The notes below the pieces were generated by a model that did no database searches, was not told the DNA's origin, and saw nothing but the letters and a program-made list of their open reading frames with translations. From Octopus bimaculoides (Eukaryota), in NCBI RefSeq assembly GCF_001194135.2, contig NC_068984.1:121082379-121114721 (forward strand): a stretch of DNA of 32,343 nt, in the 5' to 3' direction. Below are positions 21,326 to 32,343 of the stretch, in pieces. The translations under genes were made by a program, and so were the position numbers. Within the stretch, counting starts at the first letter, position 1. Each line of letters opens with the position of its first letter.

Positions 21326-22591
21326 TAAGGTTGTCTGGAAAGTTTTGAGCGCTTTTTACTATGCAAAAAGGGACATAAATAATTGACCACTCAATAAATT
21401 TTATTCAATGAAATAATTCCCATTATTATTAATTTCCATTATTATTAATCTCCATTATTATTAATTTCCATTATTATTAATCTCCATTATTATTAACTTC
21501 CATTATTATTAATCTTTGCCCACCTATCACACAATTTAAATATTCAATCAGTATAAAATCTAACTGGTTTTGAAGGAAAAAAATGTTATCTTGTTGCATT
21601 TTGATCCCATCTAAATCGTTAAATGCTTTTCCTTACAATGAGTTCTGTAGAGACAAAAACAAGTTGTTGTAGTTGGACGACGCAATATCAGGAGAATATG
21701 GTGGATGGAGCAAGAGATTCCAGCCAAGCTCATGTTAGCAGTCTTCGGCCTCAATTCTTTGATCTTTTGGTTCAAATTAGCCCAGCCAATGAATTAATGG
21801 TCTGGTTTCATAATAAATAATGCCTTTATGATCCCACCAAATATAAAGTATACCGTTTTTGGCATGGATATTCGTCTTTGGTTGCTGTTTTGGAGGATTC
21901 TTACGCAAACTTCAAGATCTTTTTCGCACTACGTTTTCGTACACAATCCGTTTTTCATCTCCAGTCACAAGTTATTTAAAAAAAGGTATGCTTTCATTCC
22001 GTTTCAAAAACATATCACAAACGAAATACCGGTCCAAGCAATTCTTTTCTGAGAGCTTGTGAGGAACCTATACATTATAGCGAGAAATGTATCCTAGCTT
22101 CACTAGGTGTTCATGAGCCGTACTTTTAGAAACTTCAAACTCCTCTGCAAGTTCTCTAGTCATGATATTTGAGCTTTCTTCGATTTTTAACCTTAAAACA
22201 TCTTCATTCAATTTTGAAGGTCTTCCACTGTGACTGTCATCTTCCAAGCTAAACTCTCCAGCTTTAAATTTTGCAAACCACCTTCGAACACTTGATTCAC
22301 CTACAGCATCATCACCATAAACTTCACAAATACTTTTACAAGTCTTTGCAGCACTTTCTCCTTTTTTAAAAAAGAAAAGCATTACAACACGAATATGAAA
22401 GTTTTGGTTACCCATTTCAAGTGTCAATAAAGGGTAACCGAAATGAAAGATAAATCTATTTTTATTCAGGAACAAAGAAGAGGTGCACTTAAAGCAACGC
22501 CAAAGTTTTAACTGTTTTACATTTCAGGTGTGCTCAATGAAGCATTAAAAATTTGAACTTAAAAACGCTCAGAACTTTCCGGACAACATAT
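21326..22591 (-). mobile_element. Decayed mariner (DD34D-type) element
   Basis: TIRs (taag)gttgtctggaaagttttgagcgctttt / aaaaacgctcagaactttccggacaac. Peptides HIRVVMLFFFKKG…VRRWFAKFKAGEFSLED…SGRPS, VPHKL, VTGDEKRIVY, IWWDHKG and HPPYSPDIA. Stops and deletions are present. Confidence 0.9.
21421..21516. repeat. 16-bp minisatellite x6 (cattattattaat[t/c]tc) inside the mariner
   Basis: Six contiguous units counted directly. Confidence 0.95.
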
Positions 22592-22852
22592 ATATTGTTA
22601 GAACTTTGCGGACAATATATATATTGCCAAAAATTCACAACGACCTCGAACCCACAAGAGTAAACAAGAGAGACAGAGACAGGCAGAAACAAGGAAAATG
22701 CCCCTTGTATTTGAATACTATGCAATTATTCTTTAAAATAACTTTATTAATTTTTCCAAAATATAATTGTTTTCTATAATTACAGTTGAAAAAGTCTCAA
22801 TGACTGAAACCGATACTGAAATGTTTTTTATGAAATTATTTTAGCATTTTCC

Positions 22853-22910
<58 letters not shown>

Positions 22911-23662
22911 TACGGAGATATACTTGCCTGGCAAGTGACTTTGGTTTGAACAGTAGAAATGTCGGATAGGTTTTGTATTTTATCATCATACAGTGATCCA
23001 GGGGAAGAAAATCTTATCATCATCGAGTAATTCGGTGAAGAGATTGCGCAAAAGTGATATTATATTACTTTTTCCGGATTCACAGAAGTTGAACTTTCTA
23101 ACATAAGCCAACTCGCGTCTCAGTTTTACAGAGCTACAACATAAAGTTGTTTTTATCATATACTATGAATTTACAATTAGATTAGCTCTGCCTTTCCAGA
23201 ATTGAACTTAGAACGGAGGCAGATATAACTTCAAATCTCGCGGAGGTTAACTTTGCTTATAACCTTTCGTAGTTGATAAAATTACTGGTTTCACAAAGGG
23301 TGTATGGTATGTAGTGTGCGGAGCGTACCGTGTGATGATGGTTAATATGGGATCTTAAGCTTAACGAGGTATCTTCTACACGATGTTAAAAATAACCGCC
23401 AAATACACCTCTAATCACAGTCGTAAAAAAGGAGGATTTAATTGACAACTTGTTCCCTGATATATAAATATAAAAATATGGCTTGATTGGAACCTCTTTG
23501 ATGATAGATTTCCTCTATTCGCACCACTTAGTGTGGAGAAAACCACTACGAAGCAAGAATTTAAACTATTCATGAAAACATTTTGTAAAGCAAAATATAG
23601 TTATTGCCCTTGGACGGATAAGGGAGATAACTCGAACTTTTAATTTATTGGTATGAACTAGA

Positions 23663-23933
23663 ACCTTTTCTACTCTAGGAACAAGGCCCGAAATTTTGTG
23701 GGACAGGGCCAGTCGATTACATCAACCCCAGTACGCAACTGGTACTTAATTTATCGACCCCGAAAGGATGAAAGGCAAAGTCAACCTTGGAGGAATTTNN
23801 NNNNNNNNTCGACCCCGAAAGGATGAAAGGCAAAGTCAACCTTGGAGGAATTTGAACTCAGAACGTATAGACAGACGAAATACCGCTAAGCATTTCGCCC
23901 GACATGTTAATGTTTCTGCCAGCACGCCGCCTT
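23663..23933 (-). mobile_element. Full family A SINE across a 10-N gap
   Basis: Reverse complement of head (ggcggcgtgctggcagaaac), core and tail. The 45-bp core is duplicated either side of the gap. Confidence 0.85.
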
Positions 23934-24492
23934 AATTGGTATGAACAAGAATTTCACATCAGACTCACAACGCAGTTCACTGAGCCTCTACCCCACATAC
24001 AAACGTGCGCGCGCGCGCGCATTTATATAAACGGTAAATGGGTGTGCATAGTGTGTGTACGTCAGGGTGTTTTAGGGGGGCGAGTGTGTATGTACTTATG
24101 TATGTATGTATGTGTGCGTGCGTGAGTGCATGCATGCATGTATGTATGTATGAATGGATGGATGGATGGATGGACGGATGGATGGATGGATGGATAGATG
24201 GATGGATATACGTACGTATAAGTATGCACGCGTGCATACATGCACATGTTTCAGTTTAGCTTCCACAGCCTGACAGCTACCGTAGGTTTGTATAGATCCC
24301 TGTACTGAGGACGACTTGATTGACAATGAATATATAAATTAATTGATTAATTAATAACTTAGGAGAAATGTACTTCATAGCCGTAGTCCAGTGGCTGAAG
24401 TAGATAAAAGAGTGTTTGTGTATTTGTATGTATGCATGTATATGTGTGTGGGTGTATGTATGTATGTATGTATGTATGTATGNNNNNNNNNN

Positions 24493-24543
<51 letters not shown>

Positions 24544-24822
24544 TTTAACGGTGATGCCCCAGCATGACCGCAAGCTGAAACTAGTTAAAGAGTTACAAAA
24601 TTATAGATAGATAGATAGATAGATAATGAACACATACATACATACATACATACATACATACATACATACATACATACATACATAAAAATGTGCAAGACTT
24701 TAATAAGATTTAAAGGATGACAGTTAAATCAAGATACCTTCCTTCATCACTTTGCTACCAAGCTGGAGTCTGTTCAAAATTAAAAACAGAAAGAGAAAAT
24801 ACACATATATACATACATATGA

Positions 24823-24895
<73 letters not shown>

Positions 24896-24977
24896 TGTGT
24901 CTGTGGCTGTGTGTGTGTGCGTGCGTGTGTGTATGCATATGCGTTTATATGTAAGCAAGTATGTGTATATATATATA

Positions 24978-25187
24978 CAGTAATCCCTCAATTATTGCGA
25001 GTGTTACATTGCAAAACACACCGCGATAGTTGAAAATCAATACTGTACTCTATATTTTTTTTTTTAAGTTTTATAATGTGCATATATTTATTTTATTATA
25101 AATGCAAAACAACACCACAGAGGAATCGACGTAAGCTTAAATAATAAACCGCAATAGGTGAACCGCGATAAGAGCGAGGGATTACTG
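24978..25187. mobile_element. Tigger-like MITE, 210 bp
   Basis: TA|CAGTAATCCCTC … GAGGGATTACTG|TA, with internal ccgcgata subterminal repeats. Confidence 0.85.
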
Positions 25188-25470
25188 TATATCCAGCATT
25201 CAAACTCACGCATTTTTTTAAAACTCTCGTATGAGCAAATTTAGATGACATGTAGTAAAATTTTTATGATTTTTCATAAAGGTACTAATTGTGCACTTGT
25301 ACATCAGCTTACATTTGACTGCCAACACACGATCATCTCTCCAAATATAATGTTATTATAGCGTACTAATGGTGGAATCTATATATGCAGCCACTCAACA
25401 CGCCATTTAAAATGTTCGATAGAAATTGTTTAGAAAAAAATATGCTAGAATTCTCATGCTGCTTGTAAGT

Positions 25471-25953
25471 ATAGTATGCGGTCTGCCACGGTGTCAAACA
25501 GGGTTATCTACCTTATCTTTCAGATATTTCCAGATATTTCAGAGATAAAACACTTTTGGTATTTCAGAGATCATTTTTTTCAGAATCATAGTTTTAGCAT
25601 CAAACCATGATGACTCAATGGCCTGAGTGTGTGCTCCGGTCACTGAATCCGCATAATGTCGATGATGGTTCTTGCTTCGTCGATCTGATAAATTATGGCT
25701 CCACACACATCGCGGCACGTATTGTACCAGTCAGTTATAGTATTTTTAGATTTTCCTGTTAGAGTCACTGCTGTGGTCATGGGTATAGCCATGACAAAGA
25801 AAAATATTTGTTCTAAAATCTCACTCAGGCTCAGCTTGCAGTTTAATTTATTGTTAATGTCCGTATAATGGAAAAATTTGTTTCCTCAAACTGAACGTTT
25901 AAGGTAGATAACCCTAGCTATACTGTTTGACAACGTGGTAGACCGCATACTAT
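25471..25953 (-). mobile_element. Internally deleted Merlin (IS1016/IS1595-like) DNA transposon
   Basis: 44-bp IRs at 25471-25514 and 25901-25953 (the latter with a 9-nt insertion). Minus-strand peptides KLSLSEILEQIFFF…TITDWYNTCRDVC…YQIDEA and, in another frame, NHHRHYADSVTGAHTQAIESSW. Confidence 0.8.
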
Positions 25954-25961
25954 TCGAGCAC

Positions 25962-26000
<39 letters not shown>

Positions 26001-26244
26001 CACACACATACACATATATTTATTTATGTGTTTCAGCCAAGTGGCTGCGGTCATAGATAGATAGATAGATAGATATATATACATAATATATATACATATA
26101 TATATATACATATACATACATACATACATACATACTTGCATGCATATAAACATACATGCATGCATACATTACACACACACACACACACACGTGTGTATCC
26201 GTCTTCGTGTTTGTACTCCCCATCACCACCACCACCACCACCAC

Positions 26245-26557
26245 TGTTTAACAACTGGTGCTGGTTTGTTTAGGTTTTTGCAATCTAGCACTTTGGCAAC
26301 AGAGAACGATAGAATAAGCAACAAACTTGAAAAAGCAATAGGTACTGGGTCCGACTTATTCGACTAAAACCAACTTTCAAGCTGGTGCTCCAGTATGGTG
26401 CACTAACGGTGACTGAAACAATGGTGAAAAATAGTCTCAGCCACATGGTTCTGGGTTCAGTCCCACTGCGTGGCACCTTGGGAAAGTGTCTTCTAATATA
26501 GTCTCTGGCCGACCAAAGCCTTTTGAGCGGATTTGCTAGATGGAAAGTGAAATAAGC

Positions 26558-26647
<90 letters not shown>

Positions 26648-26960
26648 NNNNNNNNNNNNNNNNNNNNNNNNNNNNNNNNNNNNNNNNNNNNNNNNNNNNN
26701 NNNNNNNNNNNNNNNNNNNNNNNNNNNNNNNNNNNNNNNNNNNNNNNNNNTGTGTGTGTGTGTGTGTGTGTGTATGTGTGTGTCTGTCTGTATCTGTGTT
26801 CGTCTCTCAACACCGCCTTGAGAACCGCTTGTTTGCGTCCCCGTAACATAGCAGTTCGGCCTGAGAAACCGATAGAAGAAGCATTAGGCTGCAAAAAGAT
26901 AAGTTCTGAGGTCGATTTATTAGACTATAAAAAAAAATTCTTCAAGATGATACCTCAGTA
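26245..26960 (+). mobile_element. Two adjacent family B SINE copies: 3' half 26245-26425 and 5'-clipped copy 26436-26960 spanning a gap
   Basis: Matches 13150-13575 (ggttcagtcccactgcgtggcaccttggg…; ccgatagaa…gtcgattt…ggtgctccag). Confidence 0.75.
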
Positions 26961-27336
26961 GTTTAACGAAGATTTGGCTGTTATTTTTAGCGAGCATGTG
27001 ACTTAGCTCCTAACTATCTTTCTCAAATATTTTGTTTCTAAAATATTCCATTCAGGGAGTAAAGTGTCTCACACGATTTACTCAAAAGTGTTTGACGGTC
27101 GTTCTAATCTCTTAGTGGCTTCTATATAAAAAGTGTAATTGGAAAATACTCACATAAATAACATATTAGAATACTAACTCGCCAAGCTGTAAAAAATTTC
27201 GGTAAATGCAACCGAAACGGCATCAGATTAAGATAGCTGTTTGTGTATAATACTAGTTCTATACACACAAATATCTATGAGAAGATTTTTTTCTCAGGCA
27301 AAAACTACAACAGCAGGCTCTTCTACAGTGTATATA

Positions 27337-28546
27337 TACTGCGTTTCAAATTATTAACGATGTAGCATTTTAAAAAATTTTATTTAAAAACTACTTGTTG
27401 GAATTCAACGAAATTTCCACAGAATGATGACATTAGTTATATGCAAGTGGCGTGTAAAAACAAAAACGTGAGATTTTGCGCAAGTGTAAACAAACGGCGG
27501 CCATTTGCATCGTTTCCACGAACTTTCAGTGTTCCAAATTATTAACCAGTGATCTTGTAAACACAAATACAAAATTGTCTGAAATAGGCAGAAGATAACA
27601 TGAAGTCGGCTTTTCAAAAGTTTTATTTACGGACGAACTCGTGCTTCCGTTGATGGATCTGATGGCTGGAACAAGGGATGGGTTGTAAATGGATGAGATC
27701 GTCATTAACACTTGAGACGCCAACATGGGGAGGAGGCATCATGATTTGGGCAGGTTTTATTGGAGGTATTATGGTTGGCCCTTGAAAAGTGCCGGACAGT
27801 GTTAAAATGACTGCGGACGCTTACATAGCCTTTCTAAAGGAACACCTTGAACCTTGGTTAAACAGCAAAGGGTCGCCTTCAAGACAACCATAATATTCAT
27901 GCAAGATAATGCGCCCTCGCACTCAGCGAAGAAAACTACAGAGTATCTTCAACAATTAGGCTTCTGTGGACCTCAGAAGATGAAGTGGCCTGCTTGTTCT
28001 CCCGACTTAAACCCAATAGAAAACTTGTGGAGTATTCTAAAGCAACGTGTTTACGAGAGTGGACGCCAATTTAGGAGTAAGGGTGAACTGTGACAGGCAA
28101 TAGTGGATGTATCTCTCGGTATAACATCAGAGGAGATCCAGAAATTAGCATGTTTCATGGATCAGTGCTTTTCCAACTTATTTCCAACTAACCAGCACAC
28201 CAATTATTTTTGAACGCTGTTTATTCGTTTATTTTTATTTTTCTACATTTATGACTGCACGTGCTCGTTTCAGGGTGTACACCAAACAATTAAATCGATA
28301 TTTTCTTGTTTACATGAGTTTTAATTATACCTCATTAATAATTTGAAACAATGAAAGTCTACCTAAATTTGGTGAGTGACCGCAGTTTCTGTATTATTTT
28401 GAAAACCTCGTGTTTTTCATACACCACGCGCACATAACTGATGCCGTCATTCTGTAAAAATTTCATTGAATTCTATCGAGTAGTTTTTAAATATTACGTC
28501 GTCAATAATTTTAGATATTACACCGTTAATAATTTGAAATGCAGTG
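27337..28546 (+). mobile_element. Internally deleted Tc1-like DD37E (TRT-like) transposon with long IR/DR-type TIRs
   Basis: TA-flanked ~220-240-bp imperfect TIRs ((c/t)actgc[a/g]tttcaaattattaac…). Peptides FSKVLFTDE, GGGGIMIWAG and [10 protein letters not shown]…[15 protein letters not shown], with 37 residues between the second D and the E. Confidence 0.85.
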
Positions 28547-28981
28547 TATATTTAATGTGATTTGCAAATGGTTATGTTAATTTGACGCTGTTTCGATGCT
28601 GTTTTAGTATTACACCCCCCGCTTCTAAAAGCTATAGGCAGCTTCTGCACGTAACTCTTTACAACTGGCAGAACTACAACTCTGCAACTTAAGTGGCTGG
28701 GTAATGACCATCCAAAACAGTGTTGCTGATGAGAAACGAATTACTGTACGTGACGTACATATATATATGAATCAACGAGGAAGCCTCTAACTCTTCACTC
28801 AACTTGTTGGATTTATCGACTTGCAACAAACAGCAGACAAATACCTTTTTCAGTAAGTATGTAACATGATGTATGTACATAAAAAGACCGGTGGTTATGC
28901 ATGGAATGCTTTTGATCATTAGTTTGCTTCATCATTGTTGACCTGGAACAAAACAACAATATTATCGACGTGCCTGAAGAT

Positions 28982-29420
28982 GAATTTGCTAACATTTAAC
29001 AAAGTGTAGGAAAATTTGATCTCATTCAATAATGTTTAGAAAACGTTGACGTCATTCAATAATGTGAGGAAGAATTTGACATAATTCAATAATGTGAAGG
29101 AAAGGTGACGTCATTAAATATGGAAAGAAAATGTTGACGTCATTCAATAATGGGTACAACATTTTTTTGACGTCATTAAATAATGGGTAGAAAATTTGAC
29201 CTTATTCAATAATGTGAGGGAAAAATTGATGTAATTCAATAATGTGTAACAAAATTGTCGCCATTACATATGGAAACAAAAATTTGACGTCATTCAATAA
29301 ATAACGTGAGAAATAATTTCACGTCATTCAATAATGTGTAGAAAACACCGATGTTCATTCAATGATTGTTAAAAAAATTTGACGTTTTTCAATTATATGA
29401 AGAAAAAAATCGATGTTATT
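28982..29420. repeat. ~30-bp degenerate minisatellite, about 14 units (aaatttgacgtcattcaataatgtg…)
   Basis: Recurrent attcaataatg at about 30-nt spacing. TGACGTCA occurs at 29047, 29106, 29135, 29168 and 29285. Confidence 0.9.
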
Positions 29421-29569
29421 TGCTCATTCAGAGCTGACATTCAACCGCAACAAGAACAATAACCAACTGGTTAACAGAAATATAAACCTTGATGAAAATA
29501 CTAACGAAGATGATAGTGACTTTAGTTTCAAGTTGGAACAGATTCCCATTAATATTAATAGGTAGAGTA

Positions 29570-29750
29570 AGGCGACAACCCGACAGAATCGTAACCACAT
29601 CGGGAAAAAATGCTTAGCGGCATTTTTTCTGACTTTGCGTCTGAGTTCAAATGTCGCAGGGGTCGATAAAATAAGTACCAGCTGAACACTGGGCTCGATT
29701 TAATCGACTTATTCCCTTCCCCGCAATTGTGCTAAAATTTGGAACCAATG
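29570..29750 (+). mobile_element. Family A SINE with internal deletion
   Basis: gacagaatcgt…aaatgcttagcggcattt…tctgagttcaaat…ggggtcgataaaataagtaccag…taatcgactt. Confidence 0.7.
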
Positions 29751-32069
29751 TTTATGTTAGAATGATACTAAGCACTGCAAGCTAATACAATATCAACATT
29801 GAAAAATTTCTATCGGTTATCTTCTGAATGAGGAATATATATAATTAAACCTGGGCTAACACACTTAATCTAGTGCGCCAAAAATGATTGATTTTTCATG
29901 TAAATTACGCGTTGAGAAGGGAAATCGTCGGCGCTAATAACTCTTTCATGAGGAGCAAAAGAGCGAACACAAAAATTTAATTGATTAAAAATGAAATGAA
30001 GGTAATTAGTGAGGACTGAGTTTGATATTTGGCAGTTATAATAATAATTCTGGTAAAGTTTTTACTAGCCTAATCTGTTAAAAAATTCTAAAGTTTCTTA
30101 CAAAAACAAATTCCACTCAACGCCATTCTAATGCCTGATAGTTACGTATTAAATGCTAGACAATTCTTCGCTGAAAGGTCCAATAAAGACGAAACAAGCC
30201 AAGGGTTATCACTATAAATACCATATATTAAACTCGCTCCCACTTCCAGGCTTCCATTTAATTTTTAATATATCTTAAAATTCATAAATTCCTCCCCTTA
30301 GGCCTCTTGACAAAGATTATCATTAATGCTAATCAATTTTCTTATTATTACAGGTGTAATTCTAATTGACTAAAAATTCCTTTTGACCAGCTACAACAAA
30401 TAATGTCCGAACTCATTTAATAAAATATTATTTTGGTAAATGTGTGCTATCATATTTATACTCTTCTGCTCGTTACAACAGTACGCTGTGTCCACACATA
30501 GCTCTTTACAATTGGGTGGTGTATAGCTGCTACTTTGGCAATGAACACCAAAACATTGTCATTGATGAAACACCAGCACTCGACCTTTTGGCAGGTTACT
30601 TGAAATAATATAATCTTGGTTACCTGCGAGTTTGTTATTCTCAGATTTAGTGGAAAGAAAAGAATAATATATACTTGAAAACAAATGTCAAACGATACAA
30701 GGGCTGAATATTAATAGCATTCACAAGCTAGAAACTGCGTTTCTTCTCTATTCATATAAAAACGAGCCAACGGAACAGATCTTTGCATGGTCGTTCAACA
30801 TGCGAAAAATAGTAACCAAATCTCCTTCAAATCTCCCACTTCCGCAGGACCCGTGGCAGGGTATTTTAGGGTCCAATGCTAGACTTACAATGAGCAATCC
30901 CATTACCCAGTTATGAGCGTTTGTCCCTGGACAGACTAGATCCCTACACCCAAATATATAATTTATGTATGTATATGTGAGTGCGTACGTTACTTTCTTT
31001 TTCATCTCGTTCGGGTACCCCAACCCCGATTTTAGTACCCTTCACGATCGCTTTTCTAGCCTAATGCGTATCACCGCTCCTGGACTGCAGTATTAAAAAA
31101 AAATTTAATGTGGTAAGATACACTGGAAAATGTCTTGGATACACTGTTTGAATATCTTGATGTGGTCATTGTTGGAATGTTTTTGATAATATGCCAGCTG
31201 AATTAAACAACTCAGCATGAATCACAATCGTTCGACCTGCGAAAAATAGCAACTAATTTCTTTCAATGAGAAAAAGGATGCCGAGATATTAATGGGTGTA
31301 TTATCACTAGGGCTGTCTTAGCAACATTATAGGAACTTGGATAATTCAATAAACTGGGCCCTATAATGCTTACTTATTGATAGCAAACCACAACATACGT
31401 AGATTATAATTGGGCCTCTGGACATGTGAGGGCCCCTGAGAAATGTGCCCATGCTTTAAGAGGTAATTGATTATCACTGGTCATAAATCCATTGTAGGAT
31501 GAGCTTGGGTTAAATAACAACAGTAACAATAGCAACAACAGTACTGATATCCCTACTACTAGTGTTGTTGTAATGTAGAAGGCAAGGCTACATATTGTAT
31601 CATTTCACAACATGCTCACACAATGCAGAATGACAGAGTATTTCCGAAGATTTTATTCATATCATGCTTTTAAGAAAGGAAAAAGAAAACAAAAACGTTA
31701 CATGAAAAGGTAAAATTTATAATTTTGTCTCAAACGCTTTAGCTTTTTTTTTTTAACGAGAACATCTGCATCAGCCGTAATACTCCCACCAGACCCTACA
31801 TACTCTCCCATAGACACAAAAACAAAACAAACAAAAATGCATTCATTATCTTCTGTTCTACCAAGCAACAGAGTGGAATAGACTTTCGGGGTTAAGTAAG
31901 AAACGTCAAAATGTTTACCTAATTTTCAGGCTGTGAGATGATATATGAAACCAAATTATAAATAAATAAATAAATAAATAAATAGATAAATAAATAAATA
32001 CACGAATAAAATATACAAAATAAAATAATAAAAATTAAAATGACGCACGAAATTGACATTTTTGTTAGA

Positions 32070-32114
<45 letters not shown>

Positions 32115-32343
32115 GTGTGTGTGTCCGTGTGTGTGATTGATAAGTCACGTTATAGAAATACTGCAACACAGATACAAATTAGGAAATAAAGAAAGAAAAA
32201 GTTCATTGTTCCAAATTAACATGCTCAGTATCTGCACCGTTAAGACAAAAGAGCTTTCGAAATTTGTCATAATTCTCCCAGGTCTACCTAAAGTCACAGG
32301 TAAGCAATACGTAATGACTGTTTTTACATTTGTAACATATATA

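Noticed and set aside
21421-21516. Regularly spaced repeats (also 28982-29420) as a CRISPR-like array
   Set aside because: Units are contiguous with no unique spacers, there are no cas genes, and the context is eukaryotic.
20651-22475. Transposase ORFs (20651-20980 and 22068-22475) as domesticated genes such as TIGD or SETMAR
   Set aside because: Both lie within TIR-bounded elements with stops, frameshifts and loss or mutation of catalytic residues.
23753-23853. 45-bp direct repeat either side of a 10-N gap
   Set aside because: Identical sequence flanking a minimal gap is typical of an unmerged contig overlap, so it is an assembly artefact rather than a tandem duplication.
409-26961. Dozens of ORFs rich in YI/HT/VC/M/X repeats (e.g. 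6054-6568, 7224-7750, 8140-9114, 12482-12724, 16049-16481, 17621-18024, 24038-24326, 26493-26961)
   Set aside because: They are translations of di-, tri- and tetranucleotide microsatellites or N gaps, with no splice or homology support.
30748-31023. 91-aa minus-strand ORF
   Set aside because: It overlaps a family D repeat fragment (aaatagtaaccaaatctcc…) and has no recognisable domain.

Overview
AT-rich, microsatellite- and transposon-dense animal genomic DNA with five N gaps. The SINE families and simple-repeat profile point to an octopus genome (inference from recalled repeat consensi, not a search). The only supported host gene is the 3' half of a spliced, divergent PP1-like Ser/Thr phosphatase on the + strand: six exons at 2050-15425 encoding about 150 aa. 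Its N-terminal exons lie left of the window. Everything else is introns and intergenic DNA filled with tRNA-derived SINEs, a Penelope/retrozyme-like repeat carrying a minimal hammerhead ribozyme, R4/Dong LINE remnants, and decayed DNA transposons (Tigger/pogo, mariner, Merlin, DD37E/TRT Tc1). There are also many MITEs and foldbacks. Almost all ORFs in the supplied track are microsatellite or gap artefacts. Best leads: (i) the divergent PP1 paralogue with non-canonical introns and no TPPR tail; (ii) its UAG stop followed by 100 more open codons, which could allow A-to-I stop recoding; (iii) the minimal dimer-type hammerhead; (iv) the Merlin and DD37E elements; (v) a 1.2-kb foldback just 3' of the gene; (vi) a 30-bp minisatellite with five perfect CRE palindromes.
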